In this document: one piece after another, positions 16,916-25,780 of the stretch
How the letters are laid out: the number at the start of each line of letters is the position of its first letter
Position numbering within the stretch: the stretch's first letter is position 1
NCBI GenBank assembly: GCA_965648935.1
Contig: CBFGIY010000027.1
Span: 1 to 27,704 of the forward strand
Source of the DNA: a candidate division WOR-3 bacterium
Lineage (GTDB): Bacteria; Hydrothermota; Tepidihabitantia; Tepidihabitantales; Tepidihabitantaceae
Direction: 5' to 3'
DNA: 27,704 nt
Program-made: the position numbers and the translations under genes
The notes under the pieces: generated by a model
Databases searched by the model: none
Seen by the model: the letters and a program-made list of their open reading frames with translations, nothing else
What the model was told of the DNA's origin: nothing

Positions 16916-17284
16916 CTAGAACTTGAACTTCTCTGCAAGAGCCGCTACACCGAGCGGACACTTCCACCACTTACCACTGGCCGCGTTGATTATGCCCATA
17001 ATCGCAAAAACCAAGAGCAATACCGAACCGACCGGCAGGATGACGAACCAGCCAACAAACGGTATTATGCTCCCGACCACGCTTACTCCCACAGCAAAAA
17101 TGGACAGGACAATGCCCTGCTTGACATGGAACTTGGCGAACGGGCTGTCCTTCATTGTCAGCATGGGAATCAGCCAGAGAATGCCGAGATAGGAGAGCCA
17201 AGCCGTACCCTTCGCCTTCTCGACGTCGTCATCCTGTGCGGCAGTCTGGGTTGCTGCCGGCTGTTGATTAACATACTGGTCCAT
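16916..17284 (-). CDS. DUF4870/Tic20-like small membrane protein
   Basis: AWLSYLGILWLIP...KDSPFAKFHVKQG...GIINAASGKWWKCP, 3 TM segments, strong SD AAGGAGG. Confidence 0.8.
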   Translation of the reverse strand: MDQYVNQQPAATQTAAQDDDVEKAKGTAWLSYLGILWLIPMLTMKDSPFAKFHVKQGIVLSIFAVGVSVVGSIIPFVGWFVILPVGSVLLLVFAIMGIINAASGKWWKCPLGVAALAEKFKF

Positions 17285-17763
17285 CAGACCTCCTTTGAGT
17301 TAAGCTCTTCAGATCGCCCTTGCACTTCGTTGACGAACATACGGAGCAAACCGCTGATACGCGGCACGAAACGACCAATAACTGGCAGACTCCTTAAGGT
17401 ACCGGCCGCGGCATAGGCCATTCCTGCAGCGATGCCGGAGATGTAGGCCAAAGCCAAGGCGATCCCGACCGGGTAACGCACCAGCCAGGCAAGCGCGCGG
17501 AAAAAAAACCCCACAATCACCATTCTGGCAAGTATCCGGCCGAACACGATTTCCAGCCCCCATGAAGCGAACCCTGCCGCGCAGAGCAAAGCAAACATTG
17601 CCAGGCTCTGTGCCGCGTGGAACCGCTGAGTCTCATCCGAGCGTCCTGTCAGGAGAGGCAGAAAGAACATCCCGGGCAGGTAGCCCAGAGCCGCGAAAAT
17701 GCGCGGGTCAAGCGATTGCACGACAGAGAGTGCCTCGCCGACCGGCGCCTCCTCTTTGCGCAT
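17284..17763 (-). CDS. DUF4870/Tic20-like membrane protein (second, divergent copy)
   Basis: AALGYLPGMFFLPL...RFHAAQS...YAAAGTLRSLPVIG. TGATG overlap with the downstream paralog. Confidence 0.75.
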   Translation of the reverse strand: MRKEEAPVGEALSVVQSLDPRIFAALGYLPGMFFLPLLTGRSDETQRFHAAQSLAMFALLCAAGFASWGLEIVFGRILARMVIVGFFFRALAWLVRYPVGIALALAYISGIAAGMAYAAAGTLRSLPVIGRFVPRISGLLRMFVNEVQGRSEELNSKEV

Positions 17764-17768
17764 TGCGG

Positions 17769-17798
17769 ATTATACCACTGCGCCGCGTCAGGCGTCAA
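17769..17798 (-). promoter_or_regulatory. sigma70 extended -10 promoter, probably leaderless
   Basis: Minus strand TTGACG, 18 nt ending in TGG, TATAAT, then 5 nt, then ATG 17763. Confidence 0.65.
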
Positions 17799-17814
17799 GC
17801 AAGGTCATGGACGC

Positions 17815-17842
17815 TTGACAGCGCACTAGCAGTGGCCACAAT
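17815..17842 (+). promoter_or_regulatory. sigma70-type promoter for the lptE operon, probably leaderless
   Basis: TTGACA (17815-17820), 16 nt, CACAAT (17837-17842), then 5 nt, then ATG 17848. Back-to-back with the minus-strand promoter. Confidence 0.55.
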
Positions 17843-17847
17843 GACTC

Positions 17848-18327
17848 ATGCGGCACGTCCGTCTTGCGTCCATGCTCTGTCTGATACTGCTCGCGTGCGG
17901 CTATTCGACCCGCTCGCTACTACCGGTCCACTTGAAGACGGTCGGCATTGAGCCAGTCGAAAACCTCACTCTGCAACCTGACCTGGGCGACATCCTTGAG
18001 AGCAGCCTGCGCGAAGAGTTCACGCATGATCGCAACCTGCGCGTCGTGGACCGGGACAGAGCCGATGTCATGTTGCGCATCCAACTTGTCAGCTACTCGC
18101 GCGAGGCCGACGCTTACACCGGAGACCAGCGCATCTCCAGCTACCGCATCTCTGCTGCGGCCTCGCTCTCGGCACTCGATCGGGTGCGCGATGAGCCGCT
18201 GTACGCAGGCAGCATCGGCGCCCAGCTTTCCTACGACCCGAACTCCGGCACCGAAGAAGTTGCCCAGCGCCAGTTGATGACCAAGCTCGCCCGCGATGCG
18301 GTGCGGGTGCTGCTGCTGGCGTGGTAG
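17848..18327 (+). CDS. lptE: LptE-like LPS-assembly lipoprotein
   Basis: Lipobox LLA-C followed by GYSTRSLLPVHLKTVGIEPVENLT, ADVMLRIQL and a C-terminal helix ending in W; typical LptE-family layout. Confidence 0.75.
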   Translation: MRHVRLASMLCLILLACGYSTRSLLPVHLKTVGIEPVENLTLQPDLGDILESSLREEFTHDRNLRVVDRDRADVMLRIQLVSYSREADAYTGDQRISSYRISAAASLSALDRVRDEPLYAGSIGAQLSYDPNSGTEEVAQRQLMTKLARDAVRVLLLAW

Positions 18328-19631
18328 TCGAACTTGAGGTCAGCCGGGTAGTTGCCGGCGGGGACGGTCTAGCCGATTGGTCCGGCCTGAAGGTCTTTGT
18401 TCGCGGCGCCGTTACGGGCGAACGCGTTAGGGCAAGAGTAGTCGAACGCAAACGCGACTACGCCGTGGCCCAGACTATCGAGGTACTGAAGGCATCTCGT
18501 GACCGGCGCTCTCCCCCATGCCGCTACTACCCTGAATGCGGCGGTTGTCAGTTGCAGCATCTGACTTACCAGGGACAACTTGCCGCGAAACAGGAGTTCG
18601 TCGAAGAAAGCCTGCGCCGCCTCGGTGGTGTCAGAATGCAGGCAGGAAGCGTGATCGGGTCGACCGAAGAATGGCATTACCGCAACAAGACCCAGTACCC
18701 TGTCAACGAGTATGGCATCGGCTACTTCCGTCGTTCAAGCCATCACCTCATCGACGTCGAACGATGTCTCCTGCACCCTGGCTCATTCGACACGGCACGT
18801 CAGGCCTTCGCAGCCGCACTTGATGCGCGCCTTGAGGCGCCCTATTCGGAACGCTACCGGGACGGAAACATCAGACACATCGTCCTGCGCACCGGAGAAC
18901 CATTCGGCCAGGTCTGTGCGACTGTCGTGTCGCGAACCGAGTCACTTGACCCGCGCCTGGTAAGCAGGGTGATGGAATCAGGCGCTGTATCCGGAATACT
19001 GCACAGCAGTAACCCGCATCCGGGCAATCGCATCCTCGGCACGACGCCACGTCTGTTGGCCGGCGACGCCACCATCGAGATGAACCTCGCCAGCGCCCGC
19101 TTCCGCGTATCCCCGACCTCTTTCTTCCAGGTGAACGCCCGCCAAGCAGGCGTGCTGGCAGAAGCCGTGCTGCGGCTGGCCAAACTGCAGGGAAGCGAGA
19201 CCGTTCTCGACCTCTACTGCGGAGTCGGCCTCACCACGCTGGTGCTCGCTCCGCGCGCCGCGAGAGTGATCGGGATCGAGATTGACCCACTGGCGGTCGC
19301 TGACGCGCGCGCCAACGCCGCTGCTCACGGCATCAGCAATGTTCACTTCAGCTGCGCCGATGCCGAGGCCGTGACCGGGCTCAAGCAGGCCGACGTAGTG
19401 GTGCTTGACCCGCCGCGCAAGGGATGCAGCCGCGCGGCGCTTGCCGGACTTGTTGCGCTCCAGCCAACCCGGATGATTTATGTTTCATGCAACCCGGCGA
19501 CGCTGGCGCGCGATATCGGCATTCTTGCGCACGCCGGCTACGAACCGGTCAGACTGGAACTAATCGACATGTTTCCGCAGACCGCTCATATCGAATCGGT
19601 CTGCCTCGTCGAACGCAGGAACGCTCGCTGA
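18321..19631 (+). CDS. rlmD: 23S rRNA m5U1939 methyltransferase (TRAM + 4Fe-4S + SAM domain)
   Basis: VFVRGAVTGE, CRYYPECGGCQLQH, YRNK, FFQVN, DLYCGVG, LDPPRKG, YVSCNPATLARD, DMFPQTAHIE. Confidence 0.92.
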   Translation: MVVELEVSRVVAGGDGLADWSGLKVFVRGAVTGERVRARVVERKRDYAVAQTIEVLKASRDRRSPPCRYYPECGGCQLQHLTYQGQLAAKQEFVEESLRRLGGVRMQAGSVIGSTEEWHYRNKTQYPVNEYGIGYFRRSSHHLIDVERCLLHPGSFDTARQAFAAALDARLEAPYSERYRDGNIRHIVLRTGEPFGQVCATVVSRTESLDPRLVSRVMESGAVSGILHSSNPHPGNRILGTTPRLLAGDATIEMNLASARFRVSPTSFFQVNARQAGVLAEAVLRLAKLQGSETVLDLYCGVGLTTLVLAPRAARVIGIEIDPLAVADARANAAAHGISNVHFSCADAEAVTGLKQADVVVLDPPRKGCSRAALAGLVALQPTRMIYVSCNPATLARDIGILAHAGYEPVRLELIDMFPQTAHIESVCLVERRNAR

Positions 19632-21106
19632 TGGGCCTGCGCTGTTTGGTGGTAACAGACCCGTATGCCAACGCTCGCCCGGCTACGCTTGAGTTCAGGG
19701 GCGAGCGAATCGCCACGGTTTCGCTGCTTCCGGATTGCGCCTGCCACGCTGTTGCAGTTCCGGGCCTGATCGACTCGCACACCCATCCGCTTCAGGCCGG
19801 TCTCGAAACGCTCGGCGTCAACCTGCGTGGGGCGCATTCAGTTGCCGAAGTGCTCGAGCGCGTCAGGAACGGCCACGGCGTGGCGCAACCTGGCTCAGTG
19901 CTGCTGGCATTCAATCTGGAACCCGACCAGCTCGTCGAGCGCCGCTATCCAACGACGGAAGAACTGAACGGGGTTGCGCCCGGCTCTCCCCTGCTCGTCT
20001 ACCGGGTTGACGGGCACTCGGCCTGTCTGAACGCCCCCGCCTTGGCCCTCCTCGTCGCTGATGGATGGTCTTTCCCGACGCCGAGCGACGGCGTGCTGCG
20101 CGGCGAAGCATACGAATCGGCTTCGTTCCTCCTGCGTCGCCATCTGTCGCCTGATGTCATCGCGCATGCGCTGCGGGTCGCAGGGGACGCCGCAGCCCGG
20201 GCCGGCATCACCACGCTCGGTGCGATGGTTGGTGACCCGGGACTGCGTCTCGACGAGTGGCGCGTGCTGGTAGATGCACTTGCAGCGATGAAAGTGCGGG
20301 CGGTACCTTATCTGCAGACCTGGGACACTGCAGTGCCGCGCCTGTTCGGTCTGACGCAGATCGGCGGCTGCCTGCTCGTGGACGGCTCTTTCGGGTCGCA
20401 CACCGCCTGGATTGCACAGCCTTACGCTGACGACCCGGCTCGATCCGGGCAGAGCTATTTGACTGACGAAAGACTGGCCGGGTTCATCGCCGATGCCAGC
20501 TCTGCCGGCCTCCAGACCGCGTTCCACGCGATCGGTGACGCCGCAGTAGAACAGGTCGTGCGCTGCCACGAAGCGCAGCCGTCAGTCGTTGCCGGGCACC
20601 GCATCGAACACGCCGAACTGCTTTCGTCCGGGCTCATCGAACGCATCGCTGCCCAGAAGCTGATGCTTGCAGTACAACCAGCCTTCGAGGCCGAGTGGGG
20701 CGGCCCGGGCCGTATGTACGCGACCCGACTGGGCGAACGCTGGCGCCGCACCAATCCGTATCGTTCGCTCCTCGACGCCGGTGTTACCCTGGCTGGCGGT
20801 TCGGACTGGCCTATCACTCTGGTCAATCCTCTTGCAGGAATTCGCGCCGCCGTCAGCCACCCGAACCCGGCCGAGCGTATCACCGCTGCGGAGGCCCTGG
20901 CGATGTTCACAACCGGCGCGGCGCGGGCTGTCGGTCTCGGGTTTGAAGCCGGAACCATCGAGCCCGGACGCAACGCCGACATCACGTTGCTCGACGCCGA
21001 CCCGCGTACAGACCCCGCTGCATGCGTTATCGCCACCTGCGTGCGGGGCAGATGGGTACACATCGCGCGCCGCGAGCTCTGGCAACAGGCCGTGTCCGAT
21101 GTCTGA
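19631..21106 (+). CDS. Amidohydrolase_3 (YtcJ-like) metal-dependent amidohydrolase
   Basis: PGLIDSHTH, VDGHSA, DGSFGSHTA, FHAIGD, HRIEHAE, GGSDWP, GTIEPGRNAD. ATG 19631 overlaps the rlmD TGA. Confidence 0.88.
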   Translation: MGLRCLVVTDPYANARPATLEFRGERIATVSLLPDCACHAVAVPGLIDSHTHPLQAGLETLGVNLRGAHSVAEVLERVRNGHGVAQPGSVLLAFNLEPDQLVERRYPTTEELNGVAPGSPLLVYRVDGHSACLNAPALALLVADGWSFPTPSDGVLRGEAYESASFLLRRHLSPDVIAHALRVAGDAAARAGITTLGAMVGDPGLRLDEWRVLVDALAAMKVRAVPYLQTWDTAVPRLFGLTQIGGCLLVDGSFGSHTAWIAQPYADDPARSGQSYLTDERLAGFIADASSAGLQTAFHAIGDAAVEQVVRCHEAQPSVVAGHRIEHAELLSSGLIERIAAQKLMLAVQPAFEAEWGGPGRMYATRLGERWRRTNPYRSLLDAGVTLAGGSDWPITLVNPLAGIRAAVSHPNPAERITAAEALAMFTTGAARAVGLGFEAGTIEPGRNADITLLDADPRTDPAACVIATCVRGRWVHIARRELWQQAVSDV

Positions 21107-22823
21107 GACCAATCGCGCGGTTGCCCGGCTGTTCAGGCGAATCGCCGACGCGCTCGAACTGAAGGGAGAGGACGGATTCCGCATACACGCCTATCGCAAG
21201 GCGGCACGCGTCCTCGAGGAAGCGACCGATGACCTGCGCGATATGGACCGAACCGGCAGGCTCGGCGAGCTGCCCGGCATCGGGGACGCTCTGAAGAAGA
21301 AGATTCGCGAGTACCTTGCGACCGGAAAGATGCCCAAGTATGACGAAACGGTCGCCGGTCTGGATCCCGGCCTGTTCGAGCTGCTCGAACTGCCCGGACT
21401 CGGGCCAAAGACCGTCAAACTCGTCCACGATGAACTGGCTGTGACCGATATGGCTGGACTGAAGCGAGTCATTGAAGACGGCTCTTTCGCTCGCCTGCCC
21501 GGAATGGGCACCAAGAAAGCCACGCGTATCCTGCAGGGCCTGCGCATGGGTGAGACCACAACCCAGCGGATGTACCTGCCCGAGGCCTTGGAGATCGCCT
21601 GCTCGGTCGTTGACTGGCTGGCCGGCCTGCCCGGTGTAAAACACGTCCAGTTTGCCGGTTCGTTGCGCCGGGGCAGGGAGACGGTCGGCGATGTCGATGT
21701 GCTCATCACCGGTGTCCGCCCGGCCGCGGCGATCGAGCGCTTCAGGGGTCACCCACGTCTGAAACGGCTCATCAACTCCGGCCGGACCAAAGCATCGGCG
21801 CTGTTTTCGGGCCAGTACCTGCGTCAGGTCGATGTCCGCGTGCTTGACGAGTCTGCTTACGGCGCGGCGCTGCAGTACTTCACAGGCTCAAAGGAACACA
21901 ACGTCGCACTGCGCGCACTGGCACAGCAGAAGGGACTGAAGCTGTCCGAGTACGGCCTGTTTCGGGGCGATCGCCGAGTTGCCGGCCGGACCGAGAACGG
22001 GATCTACCGCCGCCTCGGGCTCGACTACATAGAACCGGAACTGCGCGAGAACCGCGGCGAACTCCTGGCTGCGGCCGAGCGCCGTCTCCCCTGCTTGGTG
22101 CGCCGCGAGGACATCAGAGCCGACCTGCACGTCCATACCAGATTGTCGGACGGATCCGATTCGATGGCCGCAATGGCGCGGGCCGCGCGCCGGCTGGGCT
22201 ACAGCCACCTGGGCATCGCCGACCACTCACGCTCGGCCGGGTATGCAGGCGGTCTGTCACAGAACGACCTGCTGAGGCATTGCGACTCGGTGGACCGCTT
22301 CAACCGCAGAGATGAAGACGTGCGCATACTCAAAGCCAGCGAGGTAGACATTCTGCCCGACGGCTCGCTTGACTACCCGGACAGCGTACTTGCCCGGCTC
22401 GACTTCGTCATCGCCTCGATTCACCAGGGCTTCAAACGCGACGTCACGCGCCGCATCTGCGCGGCGCTCGAGCACCCGCTGGTCCACGCCGTGGCGCACC
22501 CGACCGGCCGCATCATTGGCAAGCGCGAAGGTTACGAAGTCGATGTCGAGGCGATCATCGAGTGCGCCGCGCGCAGGGGCAAGGCGCTGGAGATAAACTC
22601 GTTCTACGCCCGGCTCGATCTGCCCGACGTCTGGGCACGCAGGGCGGCCGAGGCCGGCGCGCTGATCACGATCAACACCGATGCCCACTCGGCCGCAGAG
22701 CTGGACTGGATGGAATTCGGCGTCCTGACCGCGCGTCGCGCCTGGCTCGAGCCGGGACGCATCATCAACTGCCTCTCCCTGGCCGAGTTCACTGAGTGGC
22801 TTCAGCGAGTCCGCGCAGGCTAA
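21099..22823 (+). CDS. polX: DNA polymerase X with C-terminal PHP domain
   Basis: FRIHAYRKAA, HhH motifs LPGIG/LPGLG/LPGMG, GSLRRGRETVGDVD, VDVR, QYFTGSKEHN, LSEYGLF, EPELRE. PHP motifs DLHVHT..SDG, DHS, SIH, HPTGR, EIN, NTDAH. True start MSETN at 21099. Confidence 0.95.
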   Translation: MSETNRAVARLFRRIADALELKGEDGFRIHAYRKAARVLEEATDDLRDMDRTGRLGELPGIGDALKKKIREYLATGKMPKYDETVAGLDPGLFELLELPGLGPKTVKLVHDELAVTDMAGLKRVIEDGSFARLPGMGTKKATRILQGLRMGETTTQRMYLPEALEIACSVVDWLAGLPGVKHVQFAGSLRRGRETVGDVDVLITGVRPAAAIERFRGHPRLKRLINSGRTKASALFSGQYLRQVDVRVLDESAYGAALQYFTGSKEHNVALRALAQQKGLKLSEYGLFRGDRRVAGRTENGIYRRLGLDYIEPELRENRGELLAAAERRLPCLVRREDIRADLHVHTRLSDGSDSMAAMARAARRLGYSHLGIADHSRSAGYAGGLSQNDLLRHCDSVDRFNRRDEDVRILKASEVDILPDGSLDYPDSVLARLDFVIASIHQGFKRDVTRRICAALEHPLVHAVAHPTGRIIGKREGYEVDVEAIIECAARRGKALEINSFYARLDLPDVWARRAAEAGALITINTDAHSAAELDWMEFGVLTARRAWLEPGRIINCLSLAEFTEWLQRVRAG

Positions 22824-23458
22824 GGCGCGCTGACGCGTTCAAGCCAGCGGCAGGCCTCCAGCAGCTCGCGCTTGGGCCCGATGGCGTGCGGCCCGGAATC
22901 GGTTACAAGCTTCACCTCGACCCCGGCCTCGCGCATCAAGCGAAACATCAGGGTGTTGTCGGCGCGGTTCCAGTCGCCGGTGCGCGTGCGCAGGAACACC
23001 TTGCTCTCGCTCAGGCCAGCCAAGTCTGCGCCGGCTATGCCGCCGCGGTGTGCGCAGGTCGCGGCCGCGCCCCGTAGCAGGTCCGGGTGTGCGCACAGCG
23101 AGGCCAGCGCCTGCACTCCCATGCCTGAGAAGCCGAATACGAATAGCCGGCGCGGGTCAGCGCCATAGAGCCGCAACAGCTTGGTCGCGGTCCGGACAAT
23201 GTCGGCGTCGTTGCTGTCCGAGTCCCGCCGGTTGCGCGGGCCGGCACACGTGGCGAATACCCAGCCGAGCGTGTCCGCAATCGGACGCAATGTGTCAAGG
23301 TCGACCCGGCGCGCGCCGACACAACTCAGCACCACCAGCGCGGGCGCGCCCGGGCGTGCCGCCGCCCTTGGCACGTAGAAGCAGTCGGAGTCAGAGTCGC
23401 ATGTGACTGCCCCGGCCGGGGCGGCCGACACCAGCACGACCAGCAGAAAGGTGGTCAC
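22820..23458 (-). CDS. Putative secreted alpha/beta hydrolase (esterase-like)
   Basis: Signal-like N-terminus, DPRRLFVFGFSGMG nucleophile elbow, TGDWN, SGPH. Confidence 0.65.
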   Translation of the reverse strand: MTTFLLVVLVSAAPAGAVTCDSDSDCFYVPRAAARPGAPALVVLSCVGARRVDLDTLRPIADTLGWVFATCAGPRNRRDSDSNDADIVRTATKLLRLYGADPRRLFVFGFSGMGVQALASLCAHPDLLRGAAATCAHRGGIAGADLAGLSESKVFLRTRTGDWNRADNTLMFRLMREAGVEVKLVTDSGPHAIGPKRELLEACRWLERVSAP

Positions 23459-23459
23459 T

Positions 23460-24545
23460 CTAGTTGCGCCGCTCCACCGTCAGGAAGAGCCCGACCGCGA
23501 GCGCGCCGAAAACGATGTTGGGCAGCCAAGCCGCCATCGCCGGACTGATGATGTGCGAAGTGCCGAAAGCCCGACTGGTCTGAATCGCGCCCCAGTAAAG
23601 AAAGGACAGAAGCAGCCCGAGCCCGAGCCCGAACATCACCCCGCCCCGGCGTAACCGCACCGAAACCGGCAACCCGAGCAGAATGACCACCAGCCCGATC
23701 AGCGAGTATGAAAGCCGGTAGTGGTACTCGACTTCCTCGCGCGCGACGTTCTCGCCGGCGCGCCGCATCCGGCTGATGTGACGGGCAAGTTCGGCGGTCG
23801 GGGTCTCATCAATCGGGCGCAGCGGAGCGGCGAAGTCGGCCGGGGTCTCGACCATCGCTTCGAGCCGTATCGAATCGTGCCAGACGAAGCGCTCGGCACC
23901 AGTCGAGTCAAACCAGCGCTCGCCCACGGCTCTCCCCTGCCACGCGCCGTCGGCATAGACTGCCTCGCGGCCATCGAACCGCCGCACGACCCGCCGCGCC
24001 GGGTCCAGTTCGCAGAACGCGAAGCTGCGCATCACGCTGTTATTCTCCATCTCGCGAATGTAGTAAACCCGACCGCCTTCGCCGACAAAGTGAACGTTCT
24101 GGCGCCGGCGCGCCTCGACCGGAGGCCGCCGCTCGATGGCGCGCCGACGCAACGCGCTCAGGTTGGCGTTGAATGGGATGGTTACGAACTCGTTGGCCAG
24201 CAAATAGGCCGGTATCGACAGCAGGCCGATGGCCACTGCCGGGGCGAACAGCCGCAGGTTGGGGACCCCGGCCGACGCCAGCGCGTGCAGCTCGCGGTAC
24301 CGGGTCATCTGGCCATAGACAAGGAAGACCCCAAGGACCAGGCTCACCGGGTACAACAGGCTCACGGCCGACGGCAGGCTGAACAAGTAATACAGCAGGA
24401 TGTTGGCCAGTGTCACCTTGCGGGTCGTGAAGTAGTTGAGCTCCTCGAACAGGTCGATGAGCAGGTAGATCGCAACAACGCTGACCACGGCGATCAAAGC
24501 GAACTTGATCATCTCCTTGCCGATGTGCCGATCGATGACCTTCAC
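23460..24545 (-). CDS. lptG: LptF/LptG-family LPS export permease (LptG-like)
   Basis: MKVIDRHIGKE, 3 TM + periplasmic beta domain + 3 TM, ELHALASAGV, AAWLPNIVF. Confidence 0.85.
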   Translation of the reverse strand: MKVIDRHIGKEMIKFALIAVVSVVAIYLLIDLFEELNYFTTRKVTLANILLYYLFSLPSAVSLLYPVSLVLGVFLVYGQMTRYRELHALASAGVPNLRLFAPAVAIGLLSIPAYLLANEFVTIPFNANLSALRRRAIERRPPVEARRRQNVHFVGEGGRVYYIREMENNSVMRSFAFCELDPARRVVRRFDGREAVYADGAWQGRAVGERWFDSTGAERFVWHDSIRLEAMVETPADFAAPLRPIDETPTAELARHISRMRRAGENVAREEVEYHYRLSYSLIGLVVILLGLPVSVRLRRGGVMFGLGLGLLLSFLYWGAIQTSRAFGTSHIISPAMAAWLPNIVFGALAVGLFLTVERRN

Positions 24546-25774
24546 GAGGGCCTCCGCCGCAGCAGGAGCGGCCGCTCGAACAAAGCACGGCTCACCAGCT
24601 CAGCAACAGGCAGCACAAGAACCAGGTTGGGCAACCACATTCCTAGAGCCGGGTTCAGTCGGCCGCTGTCGGCGAGGTTCTGGCCGGCCAGCAGCAGCAC
24701 GTAGTACAGCGCGAAGAACACCAGTCCGACAATGAAGCCGATCCCGACCCCGCCTCGGCGCAACAGCAGGCCGACCGGCGCCCCGAACAGCAGGAAGAAG
24801 AAGACCGAAAACGCCACCGAGATGCGCTTGTGGAACTCGACCTCGTAGCGGGACAGCTCCATCCGGCGGTAGCGCAGCTTGGACTCCTCCTCGTCGGCGC
24901 GTACCGCCTCGACTTCATTGGACTGGGCGGCGCTGCGCGCTTCGCTCACCCGCACGACCTGGGCCGCGACCTCGACCCGCAGTGCGCGCACCTGCCGCGT
25001 GAGTTCGGGCAGCACCATCTCCTCGTCACTGCGGTACTCACGCTCCCGGCGCACCATCTCCACGTCCATCTCGACGTTGATGGTGTGGCGGCGGAACGCC
25101 AGCCGCCGGTAAGCGCTGTCCGCCGAAGTTTCGTGCATCTCGCCGTAAAGCGTGAGCACCATGTAGCGGTCATCGGGCGTGTAGGAGAGCTCGCCCTCGG
25201 GCGCGGTCAGAAACCCCGGGGTGCCGCCGTTGCGGCTGGTCGAAAAGATCGCCACGTCGAACACACGCGAACGCCTCTCGTCCATCGAGCCGATGTAAAT
25301 CATGTAGCCGGGAAAGTCATCCATGAACACGCCCTCGCGCACTCGCAGGGCCGGCTTCTTGCGTGCCACGTCAGTCAGCAGATTGCGCACGCGGTGCTGG
25401 GCCTCGGGCACGACAAACGAGTTGAACGCGAACATCGCCACAAAGAGCGCGATGCAGACCAGCGCGGTCGGCACGAACACGCGCACCAGCCGGATCCCTG
25501 CCGCGCTGATGACCCGGGTCTCGTTGTCCTGCGCCAGCCGGCCGAACGAGGTCACCCCGCCGATCAGGCTACCCAGCGGCGCGCAAATCATCACCACGAA
25601 CGGCAACGACAAAAGCATCATCTCGCCGACCACAAGCGCCGGCACGCCCTTGCGCACCAGCAGGTCGGCGAGCAGGAACAGCCGGTCCATCAACAGCACC
25701 GAGGTCAGTACGAAGATGGCCAGGAAGAACGGCGGGATGAAGTGCCGCAGGACATAGCGCTGCAGGATTGACAA
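24542..25774 (-). CDS. lptF: LptF/LptG-family LPS export permease (LptF-like)
   Basis: MSILQRYVLRHF, FGRLAQDNE..ISAAGI, VEFHKRIS, LFGAPVG, GMWLPN. GTGA overlap with lptG. TTG start. Confidence 0.85.
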   Translation of the reverse strand: MSILQRYVLRHFIPPFFLAIFVLTSVLLMDRLFLLADLLVRKGVPALVVGEMMLLSLPFVVMICAPLGSLIGGVTSFGRLAQDNETRVISAAGIRLVRVFVPTALVCIALFVAMFAFNSFVVPEAQHRVRNLLTDVARKKPALRVREGVFMDDFPGYMIYIGSMDERRSRVFDVAIFSTSRNGGTPGFLTAPEGELSYTPDDRYMVLTLYGEMHETSADSAYRRLAFRRHTINVEMDVEMVRREREYRSDEEMVLPELTRQVRALRVEVAAQVVRVSEARSAAQSNEVEAVRADEEESKLRYRRMELSRYEVEFHKRISVAFSVFFFLLFGAPVGLLLRRGGVGIGFIVGLVFFALYYVLLLAGQNLADSGRLNPALGMWLPNLVLVLPVAELVSRALFERPLLLRRRPS

Positions 25775-25780
25775 CGCTCC

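Noticed and set aside
17495..17515. T8 run / U UUU UUC slippery site that could fuse the two DUF4870-like genes or cause phase variation
   Set aside because: The -1 frame stops at 17311-17309, before the second gene, and the run simply encodes Phe-Phe-Phe in a TM helix.
19424..19630. N-terminal extension of the amidohydrolase ORF
   Set aside because: It lies inside rlmD; the TGATG-coupled ATG at 19631 is the better start.
20667..21098. 144-aa N-terminal extension of PolX suggesting a fusion
   Set aside because: Low-complexity Arg/Pro/Ser-rich off-frame read of the amidohydrolase gene; PolX homology starts at MSETN (21099).
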